From the human T2T-CHM13v2.0 reference genome, Homo sapiens, in the NCBI RefSeq assembly GCF_009914755.1, contig NC_060939.1: a DNA stretch of 64,000 nucleotides, one strand, 5' to 3'. The translations under genes and the position numbers were made by a program. A model generated the notes under the pieces. It ran no database searches. It was not told the origin of the DNA and was given only the letters and a program-made list of their open reading frames with translations. Positions 51,106 to 64,000 of this stretch are shown one piece after another; position 1 is the stretch's first letter; each line of letters starts with the position of its first letter.

Positions 51106-51767
51106 GTGATGGCTTTGGGATGTGTCAGCTTGGCTAGGCTGAACCACATTTCCCCGACTTTCCTTTCTAGTGTGTTTCTAGTTAGAGTTAGGCTACAAGA
51201 AACATTCTCTTTTGAGAGTTAGGGTGCAGGAGGGAGGCAGTGATGAAGACATGCACATTCTACCAGTGACTCAATCAAACTACCGTTTGAATTCTCCAGT
51301 AAGAGGAGATGTAAATAAAGCCCCAAATCAGTTGATTTTGAGTTCACCAAAAGAGAGATTATCCTTGGGTGCCTCACTTAATTAAGCAGAAGCCATTTAG
51401 AGAGGGACTAGGCCTTCCGTGAAAATCAGACACACCAACAGGCCAGCATGCTCCCCCTTCCCCTGGACCTTCCCTTCTTTTTGTGGACTTCAAGCATCAG
51501 CTGAAGCTCATGGGGCCTGCCTGCTTATGATAATCTCTTCCTGATGCCTGCTCTGTGGAATTCAGGCTTACCTAGCCAGACCTCACAATTGTGTGAGCTA
51601 ATCTTACATAACAAGTAAATCCATATGTAAGTTTATATAATGTAAACAAAATATAAAATATACATATGTATACATACATATGTAAGTGTTAAGATATATA
51701 GATGTGATATATTGAGAGAGAGAGCTCCTACCAGTTCTATGCCTCTGATTGAACCCCAACTGATATA
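51106..51767 (+). mobile_element. MLT2-family (ERVL) LTR
   Basis: 'tgtgatgg...tgtgtcagcttggctaggct' ... 'aatcagttgattttgagtt' ... 'ctcctaccagttctatgcctctgattgaacccca'. Confidence 0.65.
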
Positions 51768-52229
51768 GAATATTCTACTCTCACTTTCAACTACTCACAA
51801 TAAACTCATTATCCTTTTCCTCATTCTATACCAAAACCAACTCCCTTTTTCATATAATTCATGATACAATCTTTTCCAGAATTTGAAAAAAAAAGAAAGA
51901 CGTTTCTTTCCTCTCATCTGTAGTATCCAGTAATCCCTAATTCCACACAGTTTTCCTTTAAGGTCTCTCCCTTCTATTCCAAACCAGTTTTCCCTTTTCT
52001 CACGCTGTGATGATTTTCCTTCTTCCTAAAGCTTTTCCCTGTCTCAATTCTCACCCTCTTTTAATGCAGTCTCTATGGAAAGACCTTTTTACATCTCCCT
52101 ACATACTGCTCTATTTAAAAATGATCATACTATTGCCTACAAGTTAAAATCTTCAGTTGTTTTTGTCTGTTTTTAAGATAGCATTTAAGGCTTAACAAAA
52201 TATTATTTCATAATTAATATAGAATAGTA

Positions 52230-52455
52230 GTCATAATACAATAAGCAATTCTATGTAAGGCACTCTGAGAAGTGGTTTTCACAAGTTATCGTCTTTAATT
52301 CTCACTATAATCCCATGAGACACGTACAATTATCCCCAATTTATAAGTGACAACATTGAGGCAGAGAGAGGTTAATTCATTCCCCAATTTATACATCCAG
52401 TAAGTGGTATATCTGGGTTTTGAATCTGAGCCATCAGATCCTAGAGCCCACCAAT
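52230..52455 (-). mobile_element. MIR SINE
   Basis: 'tttaattctcactataatcccatgaga...attatccccaattt...attgaggcagagagaggttaa'. Confidence 0.75.
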
Positions 52456-53450
52456 CTCATGATTCCTGATTTGAGTTCCACACTCTCAACTGACCTGGAC
52501 TCTCACTGTTCTTGAATATAATTCTCATTTTCTAACCTGCTTATGTAATTTATCTCTCAAGGGACATACTTCCTCCCTGCTCTCTCACTATCCAACACCT
52601 GGGCTGGATTCAAGTCCTACCTTCATTCACCCATATCATAAGCCATGCACATTTCTCTCTCTCTTCATGACTTACTGCATTTACTGTTGTTTAACTGGTT
52701 GATTTGAATATCCCAACTCTCCACTTAGTCTGTACAGCACCATGTTTATGTTACTTCTATACAGCTAAGAAGCCCCCTCTCCCACAAATAGATGTTATTA
52801 GTACAGTTTTGAAGGAAGAAACAAACACACATAAACACTGTTATCTCTGGAACATGAACGTCAGATTTTTCAGATATATACCAGATAATTTGGGTTTCAC
52901 TAATTTTTAGCGTAAACATTGAAAACTTCCTCAAGACAAGGCAAAAGCAGCATTCATTCTTTTAATTCAATGGTATCTAACCATGTGTGTTCTGACTAAT
53001 TTGATAGGTTTATGAAAGTGCTGGAGATAAAAATGCAAAAATTCCCTAAGTGTGACAGACTTATTAGTGGGGTCCTTGCTGAACAATTTCATAGTCTTCA
53101 CCCTTTGAAAATCATTTCAATCCAAAGAGGTTTGGGGGTATATTCGTGACCTTTTTCCAGCTTTTTACATTCCTCTGTGTGTGTTTGGTCTCCATTGAGA
53201 TTTGATAAGAATTGTGTAGAGAGCGAAAGGAACATCGTCCCTGCCAGAAAAGCAATGTGCTAGGATAAATCTGTCCCAACTTTTTACAAATGTTAGTTGA
53301 CTGACTATTGTTTCTACTGGTGTTAGTTGACTACAAATGTTAGTCAAATGAATATTGTTTCTCCTGGTTCTTTGTACATTCTTCCATTAAAGTATTTATC
53401 AAAATACCATTGGTTGTTTATACCTCTCTCTTTGAAGGACCACGTGTCTT

Positions 53451-53750
53451 TACTTATTTACTTTTAAGACAAGGTCTCACTCTGTTGCCCAGGCTGAAGT
53501 GCAGTAGTGCAATCGTGGCTCACTGCAGCCTCAAACTCCTGTGCTCAAGCAGTCCTTCCCACCTCAGCTTCCCAAGTAACTGGGACTACAGGTGTGTGTC
53601 ATCATGCCCAGCTAATTTTTTTTTATTTTCTGTAGAGATGGGGGCCTCACTATGTTGCCAAGGCTGGTCTCAAATTCTGAGACTCAAGGGATCTTTCCAC
53701 CTTGGCCTCCCAAAGTGCTGGATTATATGCATGAACCACCATGCCTGGCC
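53451..53750 (-). mobile_element. AluJ
   Basis: J-type 'gctcactgcagcctcaaactcctg.gctcaagc'; degenerate TSD aggaccacgtgtctt / agaaccatgtgtgtt. Confidence 0.92.
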
Positions 53751-53987
53751 AGAACCATGTGTGTTAATAATTTTTTTTAATGTCTAGCACACTCCCTCCA
53801 AAATGATTGCTAAGTGAATTAAAGGTGAAGAAAAAGAACTGTTTGATTAAATGTTCTACCTAAGCATAATAATCACTGATTTACAAGGTCAAGGTGTGAG
53901 TTTTTTCCTCACTCTTTTTTAATTCCTCAATTACAGGTATTCCCTTGTACCACTCAATGAGAAATGTTCTTTTGATTTGAGCAATGT

Positions 53988-54305
53988 AAAAGAGATCCTT
54001 CTGGTAAAGGAACTGTCCTGTATCTTGACTCAAGTGATAGAGACACAAACCTATGCATGTGATAGAATTACATAGGAGTAAATATACAAATGAGTATGAG
54101 TATAGGTAAGCTAGGGAAGTCTGAATATCTAGATAAGATCAATGGGTTGTGTCAATGCCAATATCCTGGTTGATATTTAATTGTGGTTTTGCACAGAACT
54201 TTTGCGAGTTGGGGCAAACTAGGTAAAGGGAATGTGGAAATTCTTTATATTATTTCTTACAATAGCTTGTGAGTCTACAATTGTCTCAAAACCATTAAAA
54301 TAAAA
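53988..54305 (+). mobile_element. Old L1M (L1MC/MD-like) 3'UTR end
   Basis: 'gaactgtcctgtatcttgac...tattatttcttacaatagcttgtgagtctacaatt...aaaataaaa'. Confidence 0.75.
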
Positions 54306-54423
54306 TGACAATTTATTTACTTACAAGAGGTTTCATAATGCCTTGGGATTGTGAGACAACTGAACATTAAGGGTGATTAATCAATGACACTGTTAACCCT
54401 TCAAAATCTCTTTTGGATATACA

Positions 54424-54481
54424 ACTTGTACCCTAAAACTTAAAGTATAATTAAAAAAAAAAATCAAAAAAAAAAAAAAAA
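54424..54481 (+). mobile_element. Extremely 5'-truncated young L1PA (about 27 nt plus A-tail)
   Basis: 'tgtaccctaaaacttaaagtataat' is the terminal sequence of young L1PA, followed by ~28 A. Confidence 0.8.
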
Positions 54482-55968
54482 GATTTCCCAAAACCCAAAG
54501 TGACACAGAGAAAAAGATATGATAAAATGGCCCTTGGCTGGAATTTGCCTTGGAGCTACTTTCTGCTTTCTCTCCTCTAATATTTGCCACAGTGGCGTTG
54601 TTGCATACCATGAGGAAAATTGGATAGCAGGACATTCAAACATATTTCTGCATTCATTTTTTATAAGGCTATAGAGATATTACTGAAGTTTCCTTTTGTC
54701 TTTTGTCAACTAATAAGAAATATGTTTCCAAATCAGATGCTAAAATTCCAGGAAAATGTTTGATTCATGGTGGTGTTGGTTCATTTCCCTGTATAGTAAT
54801 AATAATGTAATAGTAATAGTACTAATACTTGTTGTTTGTGTGGTTAATGTTGTCACTGTACTAGGGGCTTTCCACAGTCCAGAACCTGGTCAAAGCATTT
54901 GCTATTCAAATAAACTATTTTCCTGTGAATTGTCTTCAGTACCATGGAAACGCTATTACAGCCCCTCTAAACTGGGAATGGCTGGCATAGGAGCAGCCCC
55001 AGGAGGGTAAGGTCAGGACCACGCAGATGTGACTGCTGCTCTGCTCGCCCTGCAGTGATAAGAGCACAGCTGTGGGAAAGCCAGAGCATCTGTTGTGAGT
55101 CACCAAGTGCAAACAGGATGATAACAGAGTTAGGATCAGAAAACAACATACCTTCTGAGACACAGAAGGCAGCACACCACAGAACACTGGCTCCTTTCTA
55201 CAGAAAAAGGAAACCAAGCAATGTTCCTTCAGCAAGTTGGCCTGTGCTCATGTGTCTGTTTCCTTCTGTTGGGTCTAGTTGGTCCCTATCAAAACAGAAC
55301 CCCTTTCCTCTGAATTTGAGCTGACTTGAAGATAGGCTGGATGCCACTTACAGCATCTGTGGGGACTCCAGAAAGAGACTCCCTTCCTTTCCCTATAGCA
55401 CTCCATATATGGCTATGGCATCCAGCCTTAAGGGATTGTGGTTAAGAGCAGATGCTGGCTTTCCTGGAATGGACACTGGCCATCGTTACTCATGAATCAA
55501 GCCTTCCTCTCTTAAGGGTGCTGGTCTTTTCTATATATAGATTGTTTAACTGGGGCTACATTTATCCCCTAGAAAAGGAGAGTTGCATATATAACAGTAC
55601 GGATTTTTCCTGAATTGACCCCTAACTTACTAAGCTTCGGAACAAGCAATCTATTTTTCATGACTTAATTTTATAAAATTTACACATATATACATACACA
55701 CACACATACGTGTTTTCACATATAACTCCATATATTTTAATACTATTTTTTCCTTCCCCACTACATTCCTACAAACATTTTTCTCCTTTTTTCAACTTAA
55801 TTCGATGACATATCCCACTGGCTTCTCTTTATGTCCCTTCTTCTGTATCATTCACACCTGTTCATCCTCTGCCTTATGTATTACTACATTCAAACTTCTT
55901 ACTAACACATTGTATAATACTTTTAGTCACATTTGCTTGCACACCTTCACTCTCACCCAACTTCTCTT

Positions 55969-55969
<1 letters not shown>

Positions 55970-55999
<30 letters not shown>

Positions 56000-56025
56000 T
56001 CACACATCACACATACACACTCACA
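55970..56025. repeat. (CA)n-rich simple repeat
   Basis: Interrupted CA run. Confidence 0.9.
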
Positions 56026-57174
56026 TGTACTCTCCAGATCCCAGTCTGCTCTTGGTTCCTCGAGCTGGCCTTGACAGTCTCCAGCTAGTGTAGCCACTGA
56101 TTTTTTGCTACCAATAGCCACAAGCATAAAACAAAAATGGGCTGGGGCTAGATGGAACTAGGCAGTCGTGGGGCAAGCTGGCAGAACACTGAGGGGAAAG
56201 ATGGTTCTAAAACCTCTCCAGCTGGGGCTGAGAAGTGCTGGCGCAGCAGGAGAGAGTGGGAAAGCCTGTCTAAGGTCAGCAGCCTGACCTGGCAATCAGG
56301 ACACTGAAAGCCACAGACAAGGTGTGGGTGGGTGGGCAGAGCGGGGGGTGCACAGGGGTATTGGAATTGAAAAGAAGCTGAAGTAAGAAAAGTTAGAAAT
56401 GATCATGAATTGATTACTTATTACCAGTTAGGCACTGGGCTCTACATTTTCAGATATTTACTGTTTACTTTTTACTGCAAACATGTGAAGGAGATGATCA
56501 TTATTTTGCAGATGAAGTTCAAAGAGTGTAATATTTAACCAGCTCTGTATAGAGAAAGTAGAGGATTCGGGTGCACTCCTGAAGCAGTGATTTGAATATA
56601 TTTGTTTTCATTTGGGATACTCTTGCTCTCATTCACATGTTATGGGCTGGCTATGGTGAGAAAAGAGAAGCTCTGGGTGTTGGCATTAGGAGATGGTGTT
56701 CAGCTTCAGGAGAAGCTGCCCAGGCCTCTGAAGAACAGACACTGGAAACCAGAGGCAGAGCAAATACCCCTACTTCTTAAGCAAGGATTGCTGGTTTTTG
56801 CCCTGCCTTTCGCATACATACTTCCCAAAGGGCAAAGCACTGCTTTAAAAAACAAATAAACGAAAACAAAAGACTTTGAGACAAGGTTTTATTCTATGCT
56901 TAGTCCTGACTTCTAGAGGTTGCCATGACCCAGCGGTTGGAATTGGGATGTGCGGAGTGGCACTGAGATGGTAATATGAAGGAAAGGGTGGATTAATGTC
57001 TAAGTTCCTGTGGTAAAGATACAAACACCACATTGAAGCTATCATTAGCAAAACTCCAACTCAATCGGTAGAAACTTACAATTTGCCCATATGATGTCAA
57101 ATAATTGACTCAAATTGTTATACACTTAAATCTACCAATGAAAACCATTGTTCTTGTATCAAAAATAACTCTGC

Positions 57175-57471
57175 GGACTGGGTGGGGTGGCCCACACCTG
57201 TAATCCCAGCTCTTTGGGAGGCTGAGGTGGGAAGAGCATCTGAGCCCAGGAGTTCAAGACCAACCTGGGAGACAAAGCAAGACCCCCCCCATCTCTACAA
57301 ATAAAAAGTTAGCTGGCATGATGGCATGTACCTGTGTCCTAGCTACTTGGGAAGCTGAGGCAGGAGAGTTTCCGGAACCCAGGAATTCAAGGATGCAGTG
57401 AGCTATGATGGTACCACTGCACTCCAGGTTGGGCAAAAGAGTGAGACCTTGTCTACAAACAAACAAACAAA
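57175..57471 (+). mobile_element. AluJ
   Basis: J-type 'tgagcccaggagttcaagacc' and 'gtgagctatgat'; (AAAC)n tail. Confidence 0.92.
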
Positions 57472-57493
57472 TGAAATCTCCATGATTCAGAAG

Positions 57494-57859
57494 TGATATG
57501 GTTTGGATCTGTGTTCCCACCCAACTCTCATGTAATTGTAATTCTCAGCATTGAAGATGGGACCTGGTGGGAGGTGACTAAATCATGGGGGAGATTTCTC
57601 ATGGTTTAACACCAGACCTCTTGGTACTGTTGTGGTGACAGTGAGTTCTCCCCCTCCTTCCTCCTGCTCTGCCAGCCATGTAAGATGTATCTACTCCCCC
57701 TTCACTTTCCACCATGATTGTCAGTTTCCTGAGGCCTTCCCAGAAGCAGAAGCTACTATACTTCCTGTACAGCCTGTGCAATTGTGAGCCAGTTAGATCT
57801 CTTTTTATTATAAGTTACCCAGTTTCAGGTATTTCTTTATAGCAATGCAAGAATGGACT
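57494..57859 (+). mobile_element. MST (MSTA/MSTB) MaLR LTR
   Basis: tgatatggtttggatctgtg ... 'cttcctgtacagcctg' ... 'tttatagcaatgcaagaatggact'. Confidence 0.88.
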
Positions 57860-58290
57860 TTGAACTGGATGCAGCAGCAGGACAGAGCTTTGTGTTGTCT
57901 CCCTTGGGACAAGAATGAGTGTGTTTTATGTATGGGAAGAGTTGGTGTATGGTGAACGAGAAGAGCAGACTATGTAAGAGACTGCTTTGTGTCCGCCAAA
58001 ATGGTCCTTTTCTTTGAAGGCCCACAGGTAGGCTACAACTGAATTCCAATTAATAGAATTGTGACCGTCAAGCACATTCCCCTCCAGTGTGACAAAGATG
58101 AACACCGTGACCTTGGAGGTCATGGCTAAAGTGGGACAGGTCACAAGATAGATAGAAAGAGCCAAGGTCTCAAGTCACTATCTGAAAAAGAGCCTTCCAT
58201 CAATTGAAAACTCTTGTTTTTTATTTCACTTGAGTGAAATATTAACTTCTATCATATTTGAGCCATTTTTTGTAGTGGTTACATCTGTAT
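57860..58290 (+). mobile_element. MLT1 internal 3' end plus MLT1 LTR remnant
   Basis: 'cccttggga...gagtgtgttttatgtatggga...gagcagact' (internal end and PPT), then LTR-like 'gagtgaaatattaacttctat...tgagccatt'. Confidence 0.5.
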
Positions 58291-58829
58291 GTTTTATGTC
58301 AGACAGGTAAATATAGAAACTAAGCTCTCAAGTATGATATGAGTACTGGAAATTTGAAGTGTACAGAAGGCAGACTACCAATGACATAGCTAACTAGTTT
58401 TATGGATTTCTATTCTCATCCAGATGAGTGATCCTACCTCATCTGGGATCTAGGTCAGGAGACTGTTACTTAAGGCTTCGGAGCATTTGTTGCTGCTTTC
58501 TATATTCTTGTGCTTATGGATATTGATGTGATTTGAACACACAGAAATAGAAAAATGTGATCAAAACTCCTCTAGGATGCACAGCTCGCCCTCCTTAGGA
58601 AATCACAGCTCTTGGAGGCCATAGCCAGTTCTTTGGCAGCTGTGATCTTCTGTGTTCCTGGGCCACATACGTTGGAGAGATTCTGTCCCCAGTAGGCCTC
58701 GGATTGAAAAACAAATGCAGATTTGTTCTGCATTTTTAGAAAATGCTCCTCTTTTCCACATTTTTTTTTTCAAGTTGAGGCCTCCTGGGGAGGAAATCGG
58801 CAAAGGACCCACTTCTGCCTAAACTTGAC

Positions 58830-59126
58830 TAGAGCTGTCCAGAACAAATGCAAAGTAAGCCACATATGCAGTCTTAAATTTCATAGTAGTAACATTTAAA
58901 AAGTGAATAGGTGAAATTAATTTTAATAACATATTATATTTAACCCAGTGCATTCAAAATATTACCATTTCTACATGTAATCAATATATTATTAATGAGA
59001 AATTTTTACCTTTTCATACTAAGCCTTTGAAATCCAGAGTCTCTTTTACGCTAAAGCACATCTCAGTTCAAAACAACCACATTACTAGTGCTCAATGTTA
59101 TGTGGCTACTGTATTGGACGGCACAG
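58830..59126. mobile_element. MER33 hAT-Charlie DNA transposon
   Basis: Terminal inverted repeats gctgtcca / tggacggc; 'ggtgaaattaattttaataacat.ttatatttaaccca' and 'gcacatctcagttc'. Confidence 0.8.
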
Positions 59127-59571
59127 GCCTAGATGTCAGCTCTTTTCTGGGGTCAGTAGCACATTCCTCTAGGTTATTGCTGCCCAGAGTTTGTGAATTT
59201 TTTTTTAATGGCACCTGCTGCTCTAAGAGGAATGATCATTAATCACAGCACATGTTGTGAGCTAAAAAGAAATAAAATTTCCTCTAGGGATTTACATTTT
59301 TCTCTAGAGATTCTCATGCTCTGGGGCATCAGAATGAAACAACCAAAATCAGTGAGTTAACCCATCTTCACTATCTTCACCATCATATTCTCAAGCTATT
59401 TCTTCCTTCAGATTTCCATTTGGATTGGAAAAGAACTCTCTCTCCCTGTGTCGCTTTCCCTGTGGGGATGTGTGTAGTGTGTGTGTGTGTGCGCACGCAG
59501 GTGTGTGCGTGTCGGGATGTGTGTGACTTTTCCGGGCATTTTAAACGCAATTTCTGCAAGGAAGTTGGGAG

Positions 59572-59770
59572 GCTAGCACAGCATGGTTAGACAATATTTG
59601 GTATCAAATATTCTAGCTATGCCCACCTAACTGCTATGTGGCTTCAGGCAACTTTTCTGAGTATCTGTTTTTTTCAGCTCTAAACTGGGGAAATTGACAT
59701 AATTTTGTAAGAATTTAGTGAGGAATGACATGTGAACTATCCATGATGGGCCTGGTACAATGTATGTCAC
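59572..59770 (+). mobile_element. MIR SINE
   Basis: 'gcacagcatggtta...ctatgtggcttcaggcaac...ctgttttt...taaactgggga'. Confidence 0.6.
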
Positions 59771-62700
59771 AGATCATAAAGGATCTTACATGATATACAA
59801 AGGAGTTTCAGTTTTATCTTGCAGGGAACAGGAAGCCAGTGAAGACTAAAAATGAAAGATGATTTGATCATATTTTCCATTTAAAAGGCATTTCTTGCTG
59901 GGAAGAAAACTGAATTTTTTTTCTTATAGTCAAGCTTTGTCCCAGAAATAAAGTGTTTGCTTACAAATCTTTCAAATCTTTTCTTTGCGTGGAAAAGGAA
60001 AGAATCTTGGCTAAGCTTTAAACTGGATTTTTCTGCATACCCGGAGGTATCTTTGAATGAATAGATTTAACATCCCATTAGACACTTCTACCTCTTGCAT
60101 GTAGGAATTTGAACTGTCCTTAGGAAGATATACACAACAATATTACAGGCATGATTTAGAAAATAATTTATTACTATCTTAGTGGGTTTTAATATATCAT
60201 CCTGGGCCTCTTTAATGAGTCACATTATGACCCTCAGACCAGATGGTTCTAGACTAGATGATTCTAATTCCCTTGTCATCTTAGTCTCTCTAGGAATCAG
60301 TGGAGATTAAATTGAAAGATAATTGAAAAAAAATCTAAACTGATAACTGAAAGATAGCAATCAAACAGATTCATTTTCAGAATGATTGTGTAAAGACAGT
60401 GCCAGCTGAAATTTTCACTTGTATTTCAGCAAAACTCACAATAATTGAGCGTATTTCCTCATTTGGAGGAGCTTATTCTTTTTAACATCTTAACCTTAGA
60501 GAAACTACAATCTTCAATGGCAAACGTCAAAAAGTATTAGGGGAATCTGACTGTGGATCTACTCTACACTGCTTTTCCCATGCCTAAAACTGACAGTATA
60601 AAAATTCTACGCAATTTATTGACCTTTATAGGTACAGAGTGTATTTGAATTTAGGGGAGAAAAATAAAATATAATAATGTCACTCAATTTGACTATAGCT
60701 GGTGAGATAGCCCTCATTCAGCAAACTTCTATAGACTAATTAAGAACCTGCTGCATAATGATAAATATGAGTATACAAGGTATAGCATTTATAACTTGTG
60801 TGCTTAAACCAATTAGGTAAATGTAATTGAATCTTAGAAAACATTATTCAAATCTGAAGTGTCTGTCCATGGAAAACCAATGAACCCCAGCCAAGATGGA
60901 TGAGGGCCAAGATGGCAAGAGTAATTTTATCCATACAAATTGAGATTAAGTATGCGAAAGAAATTTGAAAGTATAAAGCATTATTTCAATTTGAGGAGTT
61001 ATTATTAAATAACTCCTTTAATGACAGTACCTTGCAATGAATGCTTTCTTTTGGGAGAAGATATGAATCATCTGACCTTTCACTTAGTAAACTTTAGCAG
61101 AATCTCAGAGTTGGCCAGATCTGAGAAGCCACAGTCCATCATAAAATTCTATCATTTGTCTTATAATAATGAAGACTCTTCCTCTGTTCTTTTTAGTCAA
61201 TCAGATATATATATATATACATATATGTATATTTAAAGCCTCAGAACTCAAACTCTTTAAGAAAGTGAGAGAACTCATTCTACTGCAGTTTATCCTTAAA
61301 AAATAACTTGATATTGTTCCAAGAACAGAAATTTGTGTGTATTAAAAGAGATAGCTTACAGAAAACAATGATTTTGTTTGCCAACATTGTGCACAAGGAA
61401 TTTGTTGTTTATGACCAATAAAGGCTTATAAAATGTCTTAATATACTTTCTGAAAATAGGATTTCTGGTGGAGTCATCATGCTGTCTTGACTCCCAAAAC
61501 TTCTTCCCAATGTGTATATAATTCGTCTTCATACAAACCAATCCCAGGCCTCTTTGCCTAGAGCCTAAAAGAAATTATTCTGGATCTAAAATAATTTGGG
61601 TTTATTCAAAATGGAAATTACTAAAAAATTCTTTGCATAATGATGCCTATTGCCAATAATTAATTCATTAAAACTCTAAATTTCTATGTACAAGATGCTA
61701 TCCTTGACACCAAAAATTCACACCCACACATATGTAATATATTAGATGAATAAGATATTACATATTTAATTATATAATATATAACCACACACACATACAC
61801 ACACACATGTATATATGTCTTCCAAGCCATTTCATCCTAGCTAAGGGATAAAAACAGAGAAACAATAGTTATACACTAGTATTTCCATGGTGCTGACCCC
61901 TAACAGTTTTGTGGGCACTCCAAACCCCTCTCGAACTCCTCCCAGACTGTTCTAGGAGTCCTAAAGAGTGCCTAGCATGTGCTTTGTGCACTGAGCATCT
62001 GGGCTGCCATGCGATGTCTCTTCTCCTTCTCTCCAGATCCAAGCCAAGGAGCTAGAGCTCTCTATCTCCATCTGTGCCTAAGGCCTCGACAGAGGCTGCC
62101 AGTGCTCAGTGTTGGGGAAGGCACCTGCAGATTCTCACACTCATATTACCAAAACCTGGAACTCTCAATATCCTTAAGAGATTTCAGCAAAACAACCCTT
62201 TTTCGTTTTAGAGTGCTCTTATTTTTTAAGCCAAATGTTATTCTAAGCAAAAGCCTAGAGGGGCTGAAAGTCTGGTGGTACCATTACAGTGTTCAGGATT
62301 ATCCACAGTTCTTGTCATGAAATTGGTGTATCTTAGTTTCCTCTTCTCATAGAGCAAGTTCTCTCCTGAGGGAATTCTTGGTCACTGAAGCAAACAGAGA
62401 GCTGAAGAGCTTATGCCATTCCTCTCTAGGGAGGCCTGATTTCTAAGGAAAGCACAGCTCAGGCTCAAGTTTAGGCCTCATTAATAGTACAACTCTGCCT
62501 GCCTTCAAAGGCCATACAGCCTAGGTGTGATAGACACACAGGCTGACCATTTATTCCAATGTACTGTGCTGAGTGATACAGTGGAAGAATATTTTAAGAG
62601 ACACTTAGCCAAATTTGAAAATTCTCAATGGACCTTCTGAGAGATATGATGCCCAATTTAAAGCTTGAACATGAACACATTATATATTTTTTCTATTTTC

Positions 62701-63791
62701 AATGATGCCAAATTCTCCCCTCCCAATCAAGATAAATTAGAGAAATGTGAGAAATCAAAATAGAGCCCCAGAGCCACTGGGCTCTAGTTTTTGGAAATGG
62801 GAGGCACAGAATGGCCTGAGAAAGGCTCACTTTAGAACAAACTTCTAGTCGCTGCTGTGGAGACAATGACCTTAACCCTTTAGCTGAACAGCCCAGACTT
62901 ACATTGAAACACAGGGACCTCGCTGGGCCCCTGGAACACTGTTGAGACGGATGCTCACACAATGTTTGGGGCTTGGTTAGTAGGGCCTCTGTGGGTGAAG
63001 AGCAAGGAGAAGCAACAGGAATGCCACATAGTTTCTCACCCTACCTAATTTGTGAATAAACCTCAAGCCACATATTTTCTACAAGATATATTAGCCAAGT
63101 TTGTCTCTGCTCATACTATTTCCCCAAGAATCAACTCAACAATTGACTCTACAGTTAGCAATGAACTCACAGCCCAAGCGGTTTTATTTTTGAAATGTGG
63201 GAACCCTTTATAGTTTTCTAAACTATAAAAGAAATATATGGCCTAAATGAGATAATTACTTATATTTTTCTTGAGCTGATATTTATTTTGGACTTTAGCT
63301 AATTAAAAATATAATATGACCCACTGAAATGTAGCTAATTTTTATCATAAAACCATTGACTACTTTCATATTTTCCCATGAGCAATTCTAAAGTGAGTCT
63401 TCTCAAACATTTTGCCTGCCAGGAGGGTTAGACTGAGTGTGAGTTCCAACCACACAGGGTTGACGAGGAGTGCTTTACAGAGGTGTGGAACACAGCCTCA
63501 GTATAGGCATTAAGATATGGCACTCTCTCCAAAACTCCATGTGAAACGCTTTGTGGCGGAGACTCTTCAGAGGCAAAACTATGAAGCCTTGAAAGCAGAA
63601 AATGAGGCATCTCTGACCCCTTTGTACATCCCAAAACCAAGCTTTGCCCCATGTCCATTCGGGTTTTGATTCTTGTTTTTTAACCCTTTTTCAATCACAT
63701 GGACACAAACACATAGATGTGCATATTTACACTCAAAAAGAGCCTGGCAGAGCAGTGAACAGTGTCTGGTCTCTGCTTTTCTGTTAGAAAA

Positions 63792-64000
63792 AAGCCTTAT
63801 AGACATGAAAACAGTATGAAACTTCCTCAAAAAATTAAAAATAGAACTACGATTTGATCCAGCAACCCCACTTCTGGATATATATCCAAAAGAATTAAAA
63901 TCAAGATCTCAAAGAGATGTTAGCATTCCCATGTTTACTGCTGCATTATTCGCGATAGCCAAGATATGGAAACAACCTAAGTGTCCTTTGATCAGTGAAT
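63792..64000 (+). mobile_element. L1M (L1MA/MB-like) ORF2 3' fragment running off the window
   Basis: 'cctcaaaaaattaaaaatagaactac..ttgatccagcaa.cccacttctgg..atatatccaaaaga...gccaagatatggaaacaacctaagtgtcc'. Confidence 0.88.

Noticed and set aside
50761-51222. 153-aa ORF, and similar ORFs at 5889, 19557, 38285, 53410, 57254
   Set aside because: Typical antisense-Alu translations
63207-63229. 10-bp perfect hairpin tttatagttt-tct-aaactataaa, and similar short palindromes at ~5165 and ~11380
   Set aside because: Short AT-rich stems are expected by chance in 64 kb; no RNA gene context

Overview
This is primate (very probably human) non-coding genomic DNA, AT-rich and dense in repeats. I see no recognisable host protein-coding exon, RNA gene, CpG island or CRISPR-like array. 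The ORFs in the track are repeat-derived or chance ORFs. Repeat content: a full-length but dead L1PA15/16-type LINE-1 (~28.8-36.2 kb) with a ~113-bp tandem array in its 5'UTR, several truncated L1s, nine Alus, a solo MER52A LTR, MaLR (THE1/MST/MLT1) and MLT2 LTRs, a deleted LTR16/ERVL provirus, and old L2, CR1/L3, MIR and MER5/MER33 fragments. Subfamily names come from my recall of consensus sequences and need RepeatMasker/Dfam confirmation. I found no evidence for a new biological system. The best signals are mutational scars that can be read directly from the sequence: (1) a two-template insertion at 13.8-14.0 kb, made of a 186-bp local copy plus an inverted 45-bp piece of the neighbouring L1, with microhomology and a 9-bp flanking duplication; (2) a fold-back duplication at 15.2 kb; (3) a four-layer nested insertion in which two LTRs both used a CCTTG target; (4) a short L1 with an apparent 22-bp 3' transduction. 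A weaker signal is a pair of candidate + strand exons at 22.8-23.0 kb that splice into one open frame.
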